Position numbers and translations under genes: made by a program. Positions 1-9,957 of a stretch of 64,000 bases of DNA are shown piece after piece; position 1 is the stretch's first letter; the number at the start of each line of letters is the position of its first letter. This DNA comes from Candidatus Pyrohabitans jungbluthii. Its GTDB lineage: Archaea > Hydrothermarchaeota > Hydrothermarchaeia > Hydrothermarchaeales > BMS3B. The DNA lies in the NCBI GenBank assembly GCA_002010065.2, contig MTMD02000008.1, positions 160,001-224,000 of the forward strand, given 5' to 3'. Below the pieces are notes generated by a model. That model did no database searches, was not told where the DNA came from, and worked only from the letters and a program-made list of their open reading frames with translations.

Positions 1-983
1 TTAGAAAGCTCCTCAACGCTTTTTGAGCCGGTTAGGAAGGTAGCGACGCGAAGCTCGCGCTCCACCCTGCGAAGCGCATTTATTACAGCCTCACTGCCTT
101 TAACAGCTTCTTTAAGCAGAGGTAGGGCGATGCCACACGCGCTTGCGCCCAGAGCAAGGGCTTTAGCCACGTCTATGCCGCTCCTCACTCCGCCTGTGGC
201 AAACACAGGAATATCCACGGTTGAGACGCACTCCACGACGCTCACAGCCGTTGGTATTCCCCAGTCCCAGAAGGCTGAGCCAACGCTCGCGTTGTCTCTG
301 TAGTGCTCCACCGCTGCGAAGCTTGTGCCGCCGAGCCCGCCCACGTCTATAGCAGTCGCACCAGTCTCCTCGATGAGCTTTGCCTCTTCCGCTGCTATCC
401 CCGCGCCGGTTTCCTTAACTATTACAGGCACATCGAGGGCGTCTGAAATCTCGGCAATCTTCTCAAGCGCGCCCTCAAAGTTGGTATCACCCTCCTTCTG
501 GGCAACCTCCTGCACTGCATTGAGGTGAAGCGCTAATGCGTCTGCTTCAATCATCTCAACCGCTCTCTCCGCCTCGCGCACAGTGTAGTCCTTGCAGAAC
601 TGCACCACGCCAAGGTTGGCGATAAGAAAAACATCCGGCGCAGCCTTCCTCGCGATGCTGAAGGTTTCCACGAGGTTAGCGTCCTCTAGGGCGGCGCGCT
701 GGCTTCCCACGCCCAGGGGTATATTAAGCTCTTGAGCAGCAATGGCGAGGTTCTCATTTATCCTCTTCGTCTCCTCGTGCCCGCCGGTCATGGCGGCAAT
801 AAACACGGGCATGCCCACTTCTCTGCCCAGAAATTTTGTGCGCAGCCTAACCTTCTCCGCGTCCAGCTCTGGCAATGCGTTATGAATTAGCACAACATCC
901 TCAAAACCGCTGCCTACCCTTGCCTCAACCTTCTCCCTAAGGCATATTTTAATGTGGTCGAGCTTTCTCCTGTCTGTGCTCAC
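1..983 (-). CDS. fni: Type 2 isopentenyl-diphosphate isomerase (runs off window at its 3' end)
   Basis: Not in ORF track. My reading gives a GTG start at 983 (MSTDRRKLDHIKIC..), with AAMTGGH, GVGSQRA and GGTSFAAVE motifs; overlaps the ipk stop (GTGA). Confidence 0.93.
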   Translation of the reverse strand, partial: MSTDRRKLDHIKICLREKVEARVGSGFEDVVLIHNALPELDAEKVRLRTKFLGREVGMPVFIAAMTGGHEETKRINENLAIAAQELNIPLGVGSQRAALEDANLVETFSIARKAAPDVFLIANLGVVQFCKDYTVREAERAVEMIEADALALHLNAVQEVAQKEGDTNFEGALEKIAEISDALDVPVIVKETGAGIAAEEAKLIEETGATAIDVGGLGGTSFAAVEHYRDNASVGSAFWDWGIPTAVSVVECVSTVDIPVFATGGVRSGIDVAKALALGASACGIALPLLKEAVKGSEAVINALRRVERELRVATFLTGSKSVEELS

Positions 984-1762
984 GGGTAATTTCCCCCTTT
1001 GATAACTGTGCATTTCACCGGCTCGCCTAATAAAGCTTTCTTGAGCCTTCCTTCGGTAAGGGCGTTGATTATTATGGAGTCGTACCCAAGACGCGCAAGA
1101 GCTATGAGCTCGCTAAGTTTGCCGCGCATGCCTCCAGTGGCGTCGTTGCCACTGGCTACAGCTTCCAGCACTTTCGTATAATTCTCCGGGTTAATTTCAG
1201 GTATAAGCTTAGCCCCTGGCTCTTCCGGGTTCCTATCGAAAACCCCATCCACGTCTGCAGCGAGCACTATTCGCTCAGGTTTAAACTCTTCCGCAAGCTT
1301 CGCCACAAGCTGATCACCCGAGAGGATGCACACCCCGCGTATGCTGTCGAGAACGACATCGCCGTAGAGCACCGGCGTAAGCCCCAGCTCAAGGAATCCT
1401 CTCACTGTGCTCAGGTTTATGCGCTTAACCCTTGTGTCTGCGCACTCCGCTATAGCTGAGGTTTGCATGCCTATGGCGTTGACTCCAGCTTCTATCAGCG
1501 CCTCGACCACCAGCAAGTTGAATCTCGCCATCGCCGCCCGGGTGAGCGCCACTCCACGGAGTTGCTCCTCGCTTACTATGCCTTCCGCAAGCTTGTACTC
1601 CACCGCCAGTGGGTGCCCGAAGCTTCCCCCGCCATGCACAACCACAAGCCTTGCTCTGCTCTCTTTTATCTCCTGCGCCACACGCCTCATTACCTCAGAA
1701 CGGAATGAGAACTTCCTTCGTTTGTCAGTGAGCAGGCTTCCTCCCAGCTTGAGTATAATCAT
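980..1762 (-). CDS. ipk: Isopentenyl phosphate kinase
   Basis: LKLGGSLLTDK, VHGGGSFGH, LYGDVV, DATGGMRGK amino-acid-kinase motifs; lies between mvk and fni. Confidence 0.93.
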   Translation of the reverse strand: MIILKLGGSLLTDKRRKFSFRSEVMRRVAQEIKESRARLVVVHGGGSFGHPLAVEYKLAEGIVSEEQLRGVALTRAAMARFNLLVVEALIEAGVNAIGMQTSAIAECADTRVKRINLSTVRGFLELGLTPVLYGDVVLDSIRGVCILSGDQLVAKLAEEFKPERIVLAADVDGVFDRNPEEPGAKLIPEINPENYTKVLEAVASGNDATGGMRGKLSELIALARLGYDSIIINALTEGRLKKALLGEPVKCTVIKGGNYP

Positions 1763-2718
1763 CCTTCGCCACCCTCTACTCGCACACCCTCGAAAGTGAT
1801 GCTAGCCTGTAGCGCCTGGCTTTCTTTGCTAAGCGCTTCTAGCACGGAGTCGTATCTCTCTCTCGCAAAAGCGAGCATACACCCTCCACCACCCGCACCT
1901 GTGAGCTTGGCACCCTCTGCACCAGCGCCGCGGGCTATGTAAACCAGACGAGAGAGCTCAGGCGTGCTTACGCCGAGAGCTTCAAGCAAGCCGTGGTTTA
2001 TGTTCATTAGCTCGCCCAGATGGGAAATATCTCCCTTCTCCAAGCACCGTCTCGCCTCTCTGGTAACCTTGCCTATGTTCCTTATAACCGGGTCAACCAC
2101 CTCGGGCAAGCTTTCCTTCAGCCTGCGCACCTTGGCTACGAGAAGCTTGGTGGAGCGCTCTTTCTGCGTATTTCCTATAATAAGGGGAAGCTCTTCTCTA
2201 ACATCCAGCCTCTCTATGCCCTTGCTCGGAAGCACAAAGAGCAGGCCCCCATGCGTAGCAGCTGCGGTGTCTGTTGGCGAGGCAGAGCCCTGCACCTCCA
2301 GCTCCACTCGATGGGCAAGCGCCGCAAGCCTTGAGTTGCTCACATCTTTGCCAAGCAGCGTAAGCACAGCCTTGAGCGTGGCAACACTCACTGCAGCGCT
2401 GGAGCCAAGCCCGGAGGCGGGCGGAAGCTCGGAGCTTATCCTTAGCTCCAATCCGGTCTCTTCGCCTACCTCCTCGAAGGCTATGCTTACAGCGCGCTTC
2501 ACATACCTGAAGGCACCCTTTGTCTCGTGTAGGTCTTCAAAGGTAAAGCTCTTCCCGGTACCAATGGCGTCGGAATAAACCTTTATTACCTTCTCGTCCA
2601 GCCTCCTAACCCCTACTCTAACCCTTCTCTCAATCGCACCCACGAGGGCTGGCTCGCCGTAGACAACGGCATGCTCGCCAAAGAGTATCACTTTTCCCGG
2701 CGCAGAGACAGTGAGCAT
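1759..2718 (-). CDS. mvk: Mevalonate kinase
   Basis: APGKVILFGEHAVVYG, PASGLGSSAA and KLTGAGGGG GHMP motifs. Confidence 0.96.
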   Translation of the reverse strand: MLTVSAPGKVILFGEHAVVYGEPALVGAIERRVRVGVRRLDEKVIKVYSDAIGTGKSFTFEDLHETKGAFRYVKRAVSIAFEEVGEETGLELRISSELPPASGLGSSAAVSVATLKAVLTLLGKDVSNSRLAALAHRVELEVQGSASPTDTAAATHGGLLFVLPSKGIERLDVREELPLIIGNTQKERSTKLLVAKVRRLKESLPEVVDPVIRNIGKVTREARRCLEKGDISHLGELMNINHGLLEALGVSTPELSRLVYIARGAGAEGAKLTGAGGGGCMLAFARERYDSVLEALSKESQALQASITFEGVRVEGGEG

Positions 2719-3028
2719 ATTCTTACAATTGCGGCGGAGTTAAAAAAGGTTGTTGCGGAGGTGGGTTTGGTTAAGTGATAACTAGGGGTTTATATTAAGA
2801 AACAAAGATATCCACTATTGTTTGCTCCTCATGAAAAGAAGATTGACTATGTAATTATTCTTTCTCATCAATTTTTGTTATGTCTCTATCCGATAATAAA
2901 CTACAATAAATAGAAATTATGAAAAAATCAATAGATATTAAATTAAATTTTTAGATAATGTCTTTGTTTGATTGAGATTAATCATGATTGGAAAAATTTT
3001 TTATATGGCACACTATTAATCTCAAATA

Positions 3029-4612
3029 ATGGGCAGAAAGACCATACCAAAAGAATTACGTAGAAGACTGCTCGTCTATTGCGGTCATGAATGTTGTGTT
3101 TGCAATACGAGGATTGGCAGGAATCATATTCATCATATCAACGGCGATCCAAATGACAACAGGGAAGAGAATCTTATACCTCTATGTCCAAACTGTCATG
3201 CTCAAGCCCATAATGGAGTATTTGAAGAAAAAGAGCTTTTGATGTATAAAGAAGCTAAGATTAAAAAAGTCGGAATAAAAGAATTATTAGAAAAGAAGGA
3301 AATTCCTTCCAAAAAATTCGATGATATTTTCTCGATTAAGTTAGACGAAATAGTTAAATCTCTTGAAAAAGGTAATTATGATCCAGAATTAAATGATAAG
3401 ATCGACGAAGTAATAATGCTGTTAAAGGAACGTATAGAAAAGTGGGATGTTCCTTCAGTGAGATTTGGGACTAAAGAACTTTTCTTAAAGTTATACAAAT
3501 ATAGTGGAGATGGAAAAAGACTTACGAACCTTTATAATATTTATGAAGACTTATTCAGATTTGCGTATTTGCAAAGAAAGCATATATTAGGTAATATGAT
3601 CAACGTTTTTTATTCTATCTGGCTTGAAGCATGGCTTTTCGGATATGATGTAGAGAAAGCAGAAAAATGTTGCGATATCTTACTTAGATTAGGATTAGAT
3701 TTTATAGATAATGATTTATCAGTGGCAGAAGATTGCTTGAATATGATTGACAATGCAGCAGGGGATATGTTCGAACCAGAGATTTTAAGCAGAGAAATTT
3801 TATTTGCTGCAGCTGTTGGCGAAAGGAAAGACGAAAGTGAGGAAATGAAAAAATTCTTCGAAACTATTATCGATTATATTAAATGGAATGATGAATATGC
3901 ATGGGATGATGAGAACTACAGTTATTTGATAGATAGTCTAAGTTATGCGGAATCTATTCAAGACGAATATAATATCAATATTGAGAATATAAAAACAAAT
4001 TATCTGATGACTATAGCTAAGAATAACATGAATAAACGAATAGATGAGTATTTGGAATATCTTGTAAGTGGAGAATATGAAGACGAATTCCGAGAGTTTG
4101 AGGCAGAGTATCTGAGTAAACTCTTATTGGCGTACGAAAAAATTGATCCAAATATAGTAGATCATATAAATTCCAAAATTGAAAAGATCGGAGATCAGAA
4201 ATTAAAAAAGGAAATTGATATGATCATTGATCAACATAATCTTCTAAAGAAGTTTTTTAGAGGGTCTGAAATGATTGCTTCATTGAAGGAACTTATTAGA
4301 TTTTTGGAAAATACTTCAGACATTGATAATCTAGGAGTTGGTATAACTACTTATGGCCCTTCTTGGATAGTTTTCCATCAAAAACTTAATAAAAAAGACA
4401 AAGAGGAACTAAGAAAATTGGCAATAAAGTATGACATATACAACTCTGAATTTGAAATATCAGATAATGAAATTATGTTCGAGATGGACTTTCTTGTTTA
4501 TTTAGGAAATAATAAACATGATATGAGACGACTGATTCAATTTCTTAAAGATATTGATAAAAAATTTAAAGTTAAGAGTTTAGTTACGGGCATCGAATTT
4601 AGGTTCAAATAA
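3029..4612 (+). CDS. HNH endonuclease-domain protein, AT-rich, probably horizontally acquired
   Basis: N-terminal CCVC..HIHHINGDPNDNREENLIPLCPNCHAQAH; long acidic helical remainder; visibly more AT-rich than its neighbours. Confidence 0.8.
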   Translation: MGRKTIPKELRRRLLVYCGHECCVCNTRIGRNHIHHINGDPNDNREENLIPLCPNCHAQAHNGVFEEKELLMYKEAKIKKVGIKELLEKKEIPSKKFDDIFSIKLDEIVKSLEKGNYDPELNDKIDEVIMLLKERIEKWDVPSVRFGTKELFLKLYKYSGDGKRLTNLYNIYEDLFRFAYLQRKHILGNMINVFYSIWLEAWLFGYDVEKAEKCCDILLRLGLDFIDNDLSVAEDCLNMIDNAAGDMFEPEILSREILFAAAVGERKDESEEMKKFFETIIDYIKWNDEYAWDDENYSYLIDSLSYAESIQDEYNINIENIKTNYLMTIAKNNMNKRIDEYLEYLVSGEYEDEFREFEAEYLSKLLLAYEKIDPNIVDHINSKIEKIGDQKLKKEIDMIIDQHNLLKKFFRGSEMIASLKELIRFLENTSDIDNLGVGITTYGPSWIVFHQKLNKKDKEELRKLAIKYDIYNSEFEISDNEIMFEMDFLVYLGNNKHDMRRLIQFLKDIDKKFKVKSLVTGIEFRFK

Positions 4613-4686
4613 CAAACCAAGATAGAAACTTTTTATGAGCTTTGTTAACTTGTATAATCAAACTTCACCACCAATAATCTCCACCC

Positions 4687-5088
4687 ATGTTAAAGCTCCT
4701 GCTCAGGGGCATGTACTATGTGGGCAAGAGTGCTGTGCTGGGAAGCTTTGAGAAGCTGGAGAACTACGAAAAACACCTTCTGGAGGAGGCTTTCAAGCGG
4801 GCGGAGTTCGTCTTCGTTGGCATTGTGGCAGACGATGAGGACAAGCGCCTGAAGGCAAAGATAAGGAAGCTTTCGAAACTTTTGGCAGCGCGCTACCCCG
4901 GGCGCTACGAGGTGGTGGAGGTTCGAGGAGAGTTCGCACCAGCGGTGGAGGATGAAGAGGTCCACACCCTGGTTGTGCCATCGCAGGAGCTTGCTCGAAG
5001 CATCAATGAGGCGAGGGAGAAACGCGGACTAAAGCGCCTTATGGTGGTGGAGGTGCCGCCGCCGGAGGTAGGGGAAACGGGAAATTAA
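4687..5088 (+). CDS. Degenerate archaeal phosphopantetheine adenylyltransferase (CoaD)-like protein
   Basis: LGSFEKL..HLLEEAFK..VFVGIVAD..INEAREKRGLKRL parallels archaeal PPAT, but HxGH is replaced by ENYE. Confidence 0.65.
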   Translation: MLKLLLRGMYYVGKSAVLGSFEKLENYEKHLLEEAFKRAEFVFVGIVADDEDKRLKAKIRKLSKLLAARYPGRYEVVEVRGEFAPAVEDEEVHTLVVPSQELARSINEAREKRGLKRLMVVEVPPPEVGETGN

Positions 5089-5100
5089 AGTAAAGGTGAA

Positions 5101-5358
5101 ATGTCTGTAGGTCCAATTTCACAGTACTGGGATTCTATAAAACTGGGAGGAAGATCTGTCCATAAGGTGGCTATTGCTTTACTCATTATTGGAGCAATTT
5201 CTTTTCTGGGGTGGTATATTCAAAAAACGTCGCATGCTCCGTTAATTCCCGCTCAAATTAGGGGCTATCCCCCATGGTTCTATGCGGTTGTCATAAGCTG
5301 GCTTATTGTGATAACATATCTTATCTTTTTGGCTTTAACAAAAAAAATGCAAGGGTAA
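5101..5358 (+). CDS. Small 2-TM membrane protein
   Basis: GGTGA SD upstream; two hydrophobic segments. Confidence 0.6.
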   Translation: MSVGPISQYWDSIKLGGRSVHKVAIALLIIGAISFLGWYIQKTSHAPLIPAQIRGYPPWFYAVVISWLIVITYLIFLALTKKMQG

Positions 5359-5391
5359 TATTACAGGGTGCATACAATCTTAAAGCTTTTC

Positions 5392-7095
5392 TCAGAAGAT
5401 ACTCTTCAAAAACTTTGCGAAGAGGGCAAGCATCCTCTTTATCTTCAGCCCCTGTGACCAGTCCAGCTCCCGGCGGTCTATCATCAGCCTTTCCCTCAGC
5501 TCGTAGAGGGAAGCCTTCACATGCTCCTCCCCCAGGGTGCCCTGCCTTCTATGCGTATCTACAAAGCGGATCATCTCCTTGGATATTGCTATTCTCTGCT
5601 CTATTTCCCTTAAGGTATCCTGGGGTATTAGTCCAGCGTTCGCCTTTATCTCGGCAAGCCTCAAAGCTGCATCGTAGGACAGGTTGACTATGTCATCTTT
5701 GCTCAGGTGACTTGTGCGGTAACTGAGAAAGTCCTTCCAGGTAAGTCCGCGGTCAAGCAGCGAGTAGTGGTCCATGAGCGTATGCGCATATTTAACAAAG
5801 CCATACGCCTCTGGATTCTCGTAGGCGATTGAACCCGGGTCGAGGAAGGGTGCGTAGGGCGAGATGAAGGGTAGAAGTCTCCCGCCGCGGTGCTCCTTCA
5901 CTAAACTTTCAGCCAGCTTTAAAGTGGTGTCTATGCTCTCCTTAGTCTGCCCTCCTAGACCAATCATAAAGTACAGGTCAAATTGCCTGCAACCTGCGTC
6001 GAAGGCTTGGGTGAGCATCTTCATTAGCGCGGCGTTAGAGTAATTCCTGCCTATGATTTCCCTAACCTTCTCGTCCCCAGACTCTGGGGACATCTCTATG
6101 GTGAAGTCGTCCACGCTCCTGCCCAGCTCTTTCATAAATCCTCGCGATGGCGGTGCAAAGAACTCGAATATCAGGGGAATGTCCACCTTCTCCTTTTTAA
6201 GAAGCTCAAGCACGCGCATGCCGTATTGCTCGCCGCCAATAGCTAAATCGCCAAGAATAAACGCCGGCGCCTTGAACTCCTGTATTTTGAGAATGTCCTT
6301 CACCACCATCTCGGGCTTGCGGAAGGCAACGCTATGGCGGTTGCAGACTCTCGCATACGCGTAAGCCGAGCCCCCACAGGCTATGCAGGCGCTCTCACAG
6401 CCTTTGCGGGTGAGCACCGCCATTATCGGCCTTTCCAGGAACTCGTAGAAGGGCAGGATATCCAAACTTCGCGTCCTCAGCATGCTTTTGAAAACATAGT
6501 CATAGTCGAGGGAGAACTCGTCTAAATTAGCGGGCACATAGCGGATGGGGTTTACCCTAACCCGGGAACCCTCACGGTAGCTCAAGTTTGGGACATCGCT
6601 GAGCTTCCCTTTACCCGAGATGGCATCCATGAGTTGCACAAATGGCTTTTCCGTTGAGTCTCCGCGGAGAACAAAATCCACCTCAGGCACATTAGTTAGA
6701 AGCTCTTCATGAAAGTAGCTCGAGGAGAGGCCACCCATTATCACGGGCACATCCTCGTGAATCTGTTTGCACAGCCTTGCCAGGTTTATCGCACCATGAA
6801 CATGTGGCATCCAGTGGAGGTCAATGCCAAAAGCCTTAGCTCGCATCTTTTTAATATACGCCTCTGGATCAAAGTTTGTGTCGCGGAGCATCCGCAGCGC
6901 CAGGTTAACTATTCTTACGCGGTACCCGTGCCTCTCCAGCGTCGAGGCTATAGACACGAAGCCTATAGGATACATCTCAAATACGGGTGTAGAAGGCACC
7001 AGGTCGTTTATCGGTCCCCAGAGGATGGGCCTCTCACGAAAGTCGAAGATGCTCGGCGGGTGAAGCAGAATAAGGTCAGCCTTCATGCTTAGCAC
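5392..7095 (-). CDS. B12-binding radical SAM protein (TIGR04190/Ta0216-like)
   Basis: HPPSIFDFR..STPVFEMYPIG, GIDLHWMPH B12-binding domain, CESACIAC CxxxCxxC motif. Confidence 0.85.
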   Translation of the reverse strand: MLSMKADLILLHPPSIFDFRERPILWGPINDLVPSTPVFEMYPIGFVSIASTLERHGYRVRIVNLALRMLRDTNFDPEAYIKKMRAKAFGIDLHWMPHVHGAINLARLCKQIHEDVPVIMGGLSSSYFHEELLTNVPEVDFVLRGDSTEKPFVQLMDAISGKGKLSDVPNLSYREGSRVRVNPIRYVPANLDEFSLDYDYVFKSMLRTRSLDILPFYEFLERPIMAVLTRKGCESACIACGGSAYAYARVCNRHSVAFRKPEMVVKDILKIQEFKAPAFILGDLAIGGEQYGMRVLELLKKEKVDIPLIFEFFAPPSRGFMKELGRSVDDFTIEMSPESGDEKVREIIGRNYSNAALMKMLTQAFDAGCRQFDLYFMIGLGGQTKESIDTTLKLAESLVKEHRGGRLLPFISPYAPFLDPGSIAYENPEAYGFVKYAHTLMDHYSLLDRGLTWKDFLSYRTSHLSKDDIVNLSYDAALRLAEIKANAGLIPQDTLREIEQRIAISKEMIRFVDTHRRQGTLGEEHVKASLYELRERLMIDRRELDWSQGLKIKRMLALFAKFLKSIF

Positions 7096-7185
7096 CGCGA
7101 AGTTTTGGTTATGGCAACAAAGCTATCGTTGAGAAATTGGAAAGTGTTAGGGAGTATGCTAGGTTTTGTCAAAAATAGATAGATA

Positions 7186-7257
7186 TGGGCCTGCCGGGAA
7201 TTGAACCCGGGCCGCGGGGTCCGAAGCCCCGCAGTCTATCCACTAGCCTACAGGCCC
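7186..7257 (-). tRNA. tRNA-Arg(UCG)
   Basis: Acceptor GGGCCTG/CAGGCCC, anticodon arm CGGGG-CTTCGGA-CCCCG, T-arm CCGGG-TTCAATT-CCCGG; no intron, CCA not encoded. Confidence 0.92.
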
Positions 7258-7260
7258 CAT

Positions 7261-7536
7261 TTAGCAAAGGTCTTCGCGCAGCTCATCTGGAAGCATGTGG
7301 GGGATGTCGTCAATTATTGGATACCACCTGCCACATTCGAGGCACAGGAGCACCTCACCCTTTATGGGCTTGAGCTCGCCCGAACACTTCTTGCACCGCT
7401 CAATCTTGCACGCCTTTGCGTAAAAGCGCAGGTTGCAGCTCTCGCAGAGCAGGAAGTCTTCCTCCTTGCGGTACTCTACATCCCCCTTGCACATGGGGCA
7501 CGCGAGGATCTCAAGGAGTTCGCTGTTTATCGGCAT
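7261..7536 (-). CDS. trm112: Trm112-family methyltransferase activator with inserted Cys-rich segment
   Basis: LLEILACPMCKG..LLCLECGRWYPIIDDIPHMLPDELR signature. Confidence 0.85.
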   Translation of the reverse strand: MPINSELLEILACPMCKGDVEYRKEEDFLLCESCNLRFYAKACKIERCKKCSGELKPIKGEVLLCLECGRWYPIIDDIPHMLPDELREDLC

Positions 7537-8119
7537 TTAAAATCCTCCTTATCTCGTCTGCTTTTTTAATGTCTTCCAGGCTGTTAACATTTACAGCCAA
7601 TCTGATATTTTCTGTTATATAAATCTCCTCCTTGCCTTCGAGATTCCTACCATTCACCACGTTTACCCCTGTGGGCACTAAATTGCCCATCACCAGCGTG
7701 GGAGTTAGCCCATAGCGGCGAAACACGCTTATAGGTACCAGCACCGCGAGCGCAGGCGAATCTCTGCGCCGGTACTCGCTTGCCACCTCCTCAATTTCCT
7801 GCGCTCTCAGCAGCGGAAGGTCAGAAGCCACGAGGAGGGTTGCTCCAAGACCAAGCACTTCAACAGCGAAGCGCAGGTCGGCAACGTAGCCATGTCCGGG
7901 TGTGGTTACAACCTCGACGCCAGTGTTCTTCAAAAACTCTGCTGTTCGCGGAGTATACGCAGTTGTGGCAGCGAAAATACGCTCTATGCTCCTCGCTCCG
8001 CTGAGTGCGGCAAGTACATGTGCTACCAGAGGCTTGCCATTAAACTCCAGCAGGGGCTTCTCCACCTTCAGCTTTAACCTCGTGCCCCTGCCACCAGCCA
8101 TTATCAGAGCATCCATCAC
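7511..8119 (-). CDS. cobY: Adenosylcobinamide-phosphate guanylyltransferase
   Basis: ALIMAGGRGTRL..EKPLL..GYVADL..NVNSLED NTP-transferase motifs; adjacent to cobS. Confidence 0.88.
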   Translation of the reverse strand: MMDALIMAGGRGTRLKLKVEKPLLEFNGKPLVAHVLAALSGARSIERIFAATTAYTPRTAEFLKNTGVEVVTTPGHGYVADLRFAVEVLGLGATLLVASDLPLLRAQEIEEVASEYRRRDSPALAVLVPISVFRRYGLTPTLVMGNLVPTGVNVVNGRNLEGKEEIYITENIRLAVNVNSLEDIKKADEIRRILNADKQRTP

Positions 8120-8844
8120 ACCAGCACCAGCATTGCAACAAGCCGCGAAATCTCGTTCACAGCCCCGAACACATCTCCTGAAATTCCGCCGAAGAGCCTG
8201 TGAGAAGCTTCAACGATGAAAAGCGTGACAGCTGCGACGAGAAGGAGCACAAGCAAAGCGCTCTCCCAGGCGATGGCAAGGAAGGGGAGGTAGACCAGGA
8301 GGCTGAGGAGCATTATCTTGTGGTTACCTCGAAGCACGGTCACGAAGGCGGAGCCCATACCTGAGTGGCTGCTCTGCCTGGCTGCGTAGCCTGCGAGCAC
8401 CATCGCAAACTTGGCTGAAGCCTCTCCCACCACCAGGATGGTAAACATGCCCTTGGCTTCGTATAGCGCCAGGTATGTCAAGAGAAGCACAAAGAAGCCT
8501 GCGCCGAAGGCAGCGACGCCATGGCTAATGTCGTGCATCGCCTTAAGGCGAGCTTCTCTGCTTCCGCGCACCATTGCGGCGTCTGCAATGTCAAGAAGAC
8601 CATCTAGGTGATGAAACCCCGTTAGAAGAAAAAGCACGAGGAGTGCCACACCTGCGGCGATGCTGCGGGGGAGAAAATAGAGCGATGCAAAGGCAACAGC
8701 ACTCGCAACGAGGGCAATCATCACACCCGCCACAGGGAAGAGCCACGCTGCCCGTGCTACTTCCTCATAGCTTTTAAAGCCCATCCTTACCGGAAGAATG
8801 GTCAGAAAACCCAGACACTTTCTGAGTTCCCTTAGAGGGTTCAT
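8116..8844 (-). CDS. cobS: Adenosylcobinamide-GDP ribazoletransferase
   Basis: FLTILP, TGFHHLDGLLDIAD and GGISGDVFGA motifs; multi-TM. Confidence 0.93.
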   Translation of the reverse strand: MNPLRELRKCLGFLTILPVRMGFKSYEEVARAAWLFPVAGVMIALVASAVAFASLYFLPRSIAAGVALLVLFLLTGFHHLDGLLDIADAAMVRGSREARLKAMHDISHGVAAFGAGFFVLLLTYLALYEAKGMFTILVVGEASAKFAMVLAGYAARQSSHSGMGSAFVTVLRGNHKIMLLSLLVYLPFLAIAWESALLVLLLVAAVTLFIVEASHRLFGGISGDVFGAVNEISRLVAMLVLV

Positions 8845-8868
8845 GAGATGTACTCTACGAAGGTGTAT

Positions 8869-9957
8869 TTAAGCCTGCTCCCTCTTTGGGAGCTTGACAT
8901 AGAAGATGCTCCCCCTGGGCGAGTTATCCTCAACCCATACCTCGCCACAATGGAGTTCCACTATGCGCTTGACTATAGCCAAGCCTATGCCGGTGCCCTT
9001 CACTCCAGCTTTGTCGAAGCGGGTAAACCTGGAAAAGATGCTCTCCTTGTACTCGTCGGGTATCCCTTCGCCCAAGTCTGCGATGCTTGTAATGCAGAAG
9101 CCGCCCTCCTCCCACACCCTCACGGTGATGGGACTCCCCTCGGGTGAATACTTTAGAGCGTTAGAAAGCAGGTTTGAAAAGGCCTCCTTTATAATCTCAT
9201 TCCCGATTATTCGCCCTTCTGAGTCCTTGATAAAGCTCACCTCTCTGCCTTCCATAAGAGGTGAATATTCCCTGAGGACCTTTTCCCAGAGCTCTGAGAG
9301 ACTTACTTCGCTCTTCTCCAGCGTCTCGATGCTTTCCAGCTTTGATAGCTCTTTAACATCCTCTATGAGTTTGATTATCTTGTTGAGATTCCTCTTCACA
9401 GCCTTGATGTACTCAAGAACCTCCTCATCCTTGCAGGAAGCCTCCATGAGTTCTGCAAAACTCATCGCAAGCCCTGCAGGATTCATCAAGTCGTGATGCA
9501 GGATGTCTATCAAAAGCTCCTTGAACTTGTTGCTCTTCTCAAGCTTTGCATTTGCCTCCCGTATTTCCTCCTCTAACCTGCGCTTCTCCTCCTCAAGGCG
9601 ATGCTTCTCAAGCGCGTCTTCTATCACCTTCTTTATCTTGGAAAAGCTGGATACCGACTTAACTATGTAGTCGGCGGCGCCTGATTTCATCGCTCTGGTG
9701 GCGATCTCCTCATCACCCTGCCCGGTGACCATTATCACAGGCAAGCGATGGCGATTGACAATCTCACCAAGTATCTCAAGACCATCCTCCCCGCGCAGGT
9801 TGTAGTCCAGAAGTATTATATCGAAGCCTTCCCTCTCAAGCAGGGCTCTTGCCTCATCCCAGCTGCCAGTTCCTCTTACCTCAGCATACCCTTTAAGAGC
9901 CCTGTTCACGAGTAATATATCGTCCTCATTGTCCTCTATATACAGAACCTTTATCAT
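8869..9957 (-). CDS. Hybrid receiver-histidine kinase (REC-HisKA-HATPase)
   Basis: YIEDNEDD..LLDYNL receiver; LHHDLMNP H-box; NALKY, DLGEGI, GTGIGL boxes. Confidence 0.9.
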   Translation of the reverse strand: MIKVLYIEDNEDDILLVNRALKGYAEVRGTGSWDEARALLEREGFDIILLDYNLRGEDGLEILGEIVNRHRLPVIMVTGQGDEEIATRAMKSGAADYIVKSVSSFSKIKKVIEDALEKHRLEEEKRRLEEEIREANAKLEKSNKFKELLIDILHHDLMNPAGLAMSFAELMEASCKDEEVLEYIKAVKRNLNKIIKLIEDVKELSKLESIETLEKSEVSLSELWEKVLREYSPLMEGREVSFIKDSEGRIIGNEIIKEAFSNLLSNALKYSPEGSPITVRVWEEGGFCITSIADLGEGIPDEYKESIFSRFTRFDKAGVKGTGIGLAIVKRIVELHCGEVWVEDNSPRGSIFYVKLPKREQA

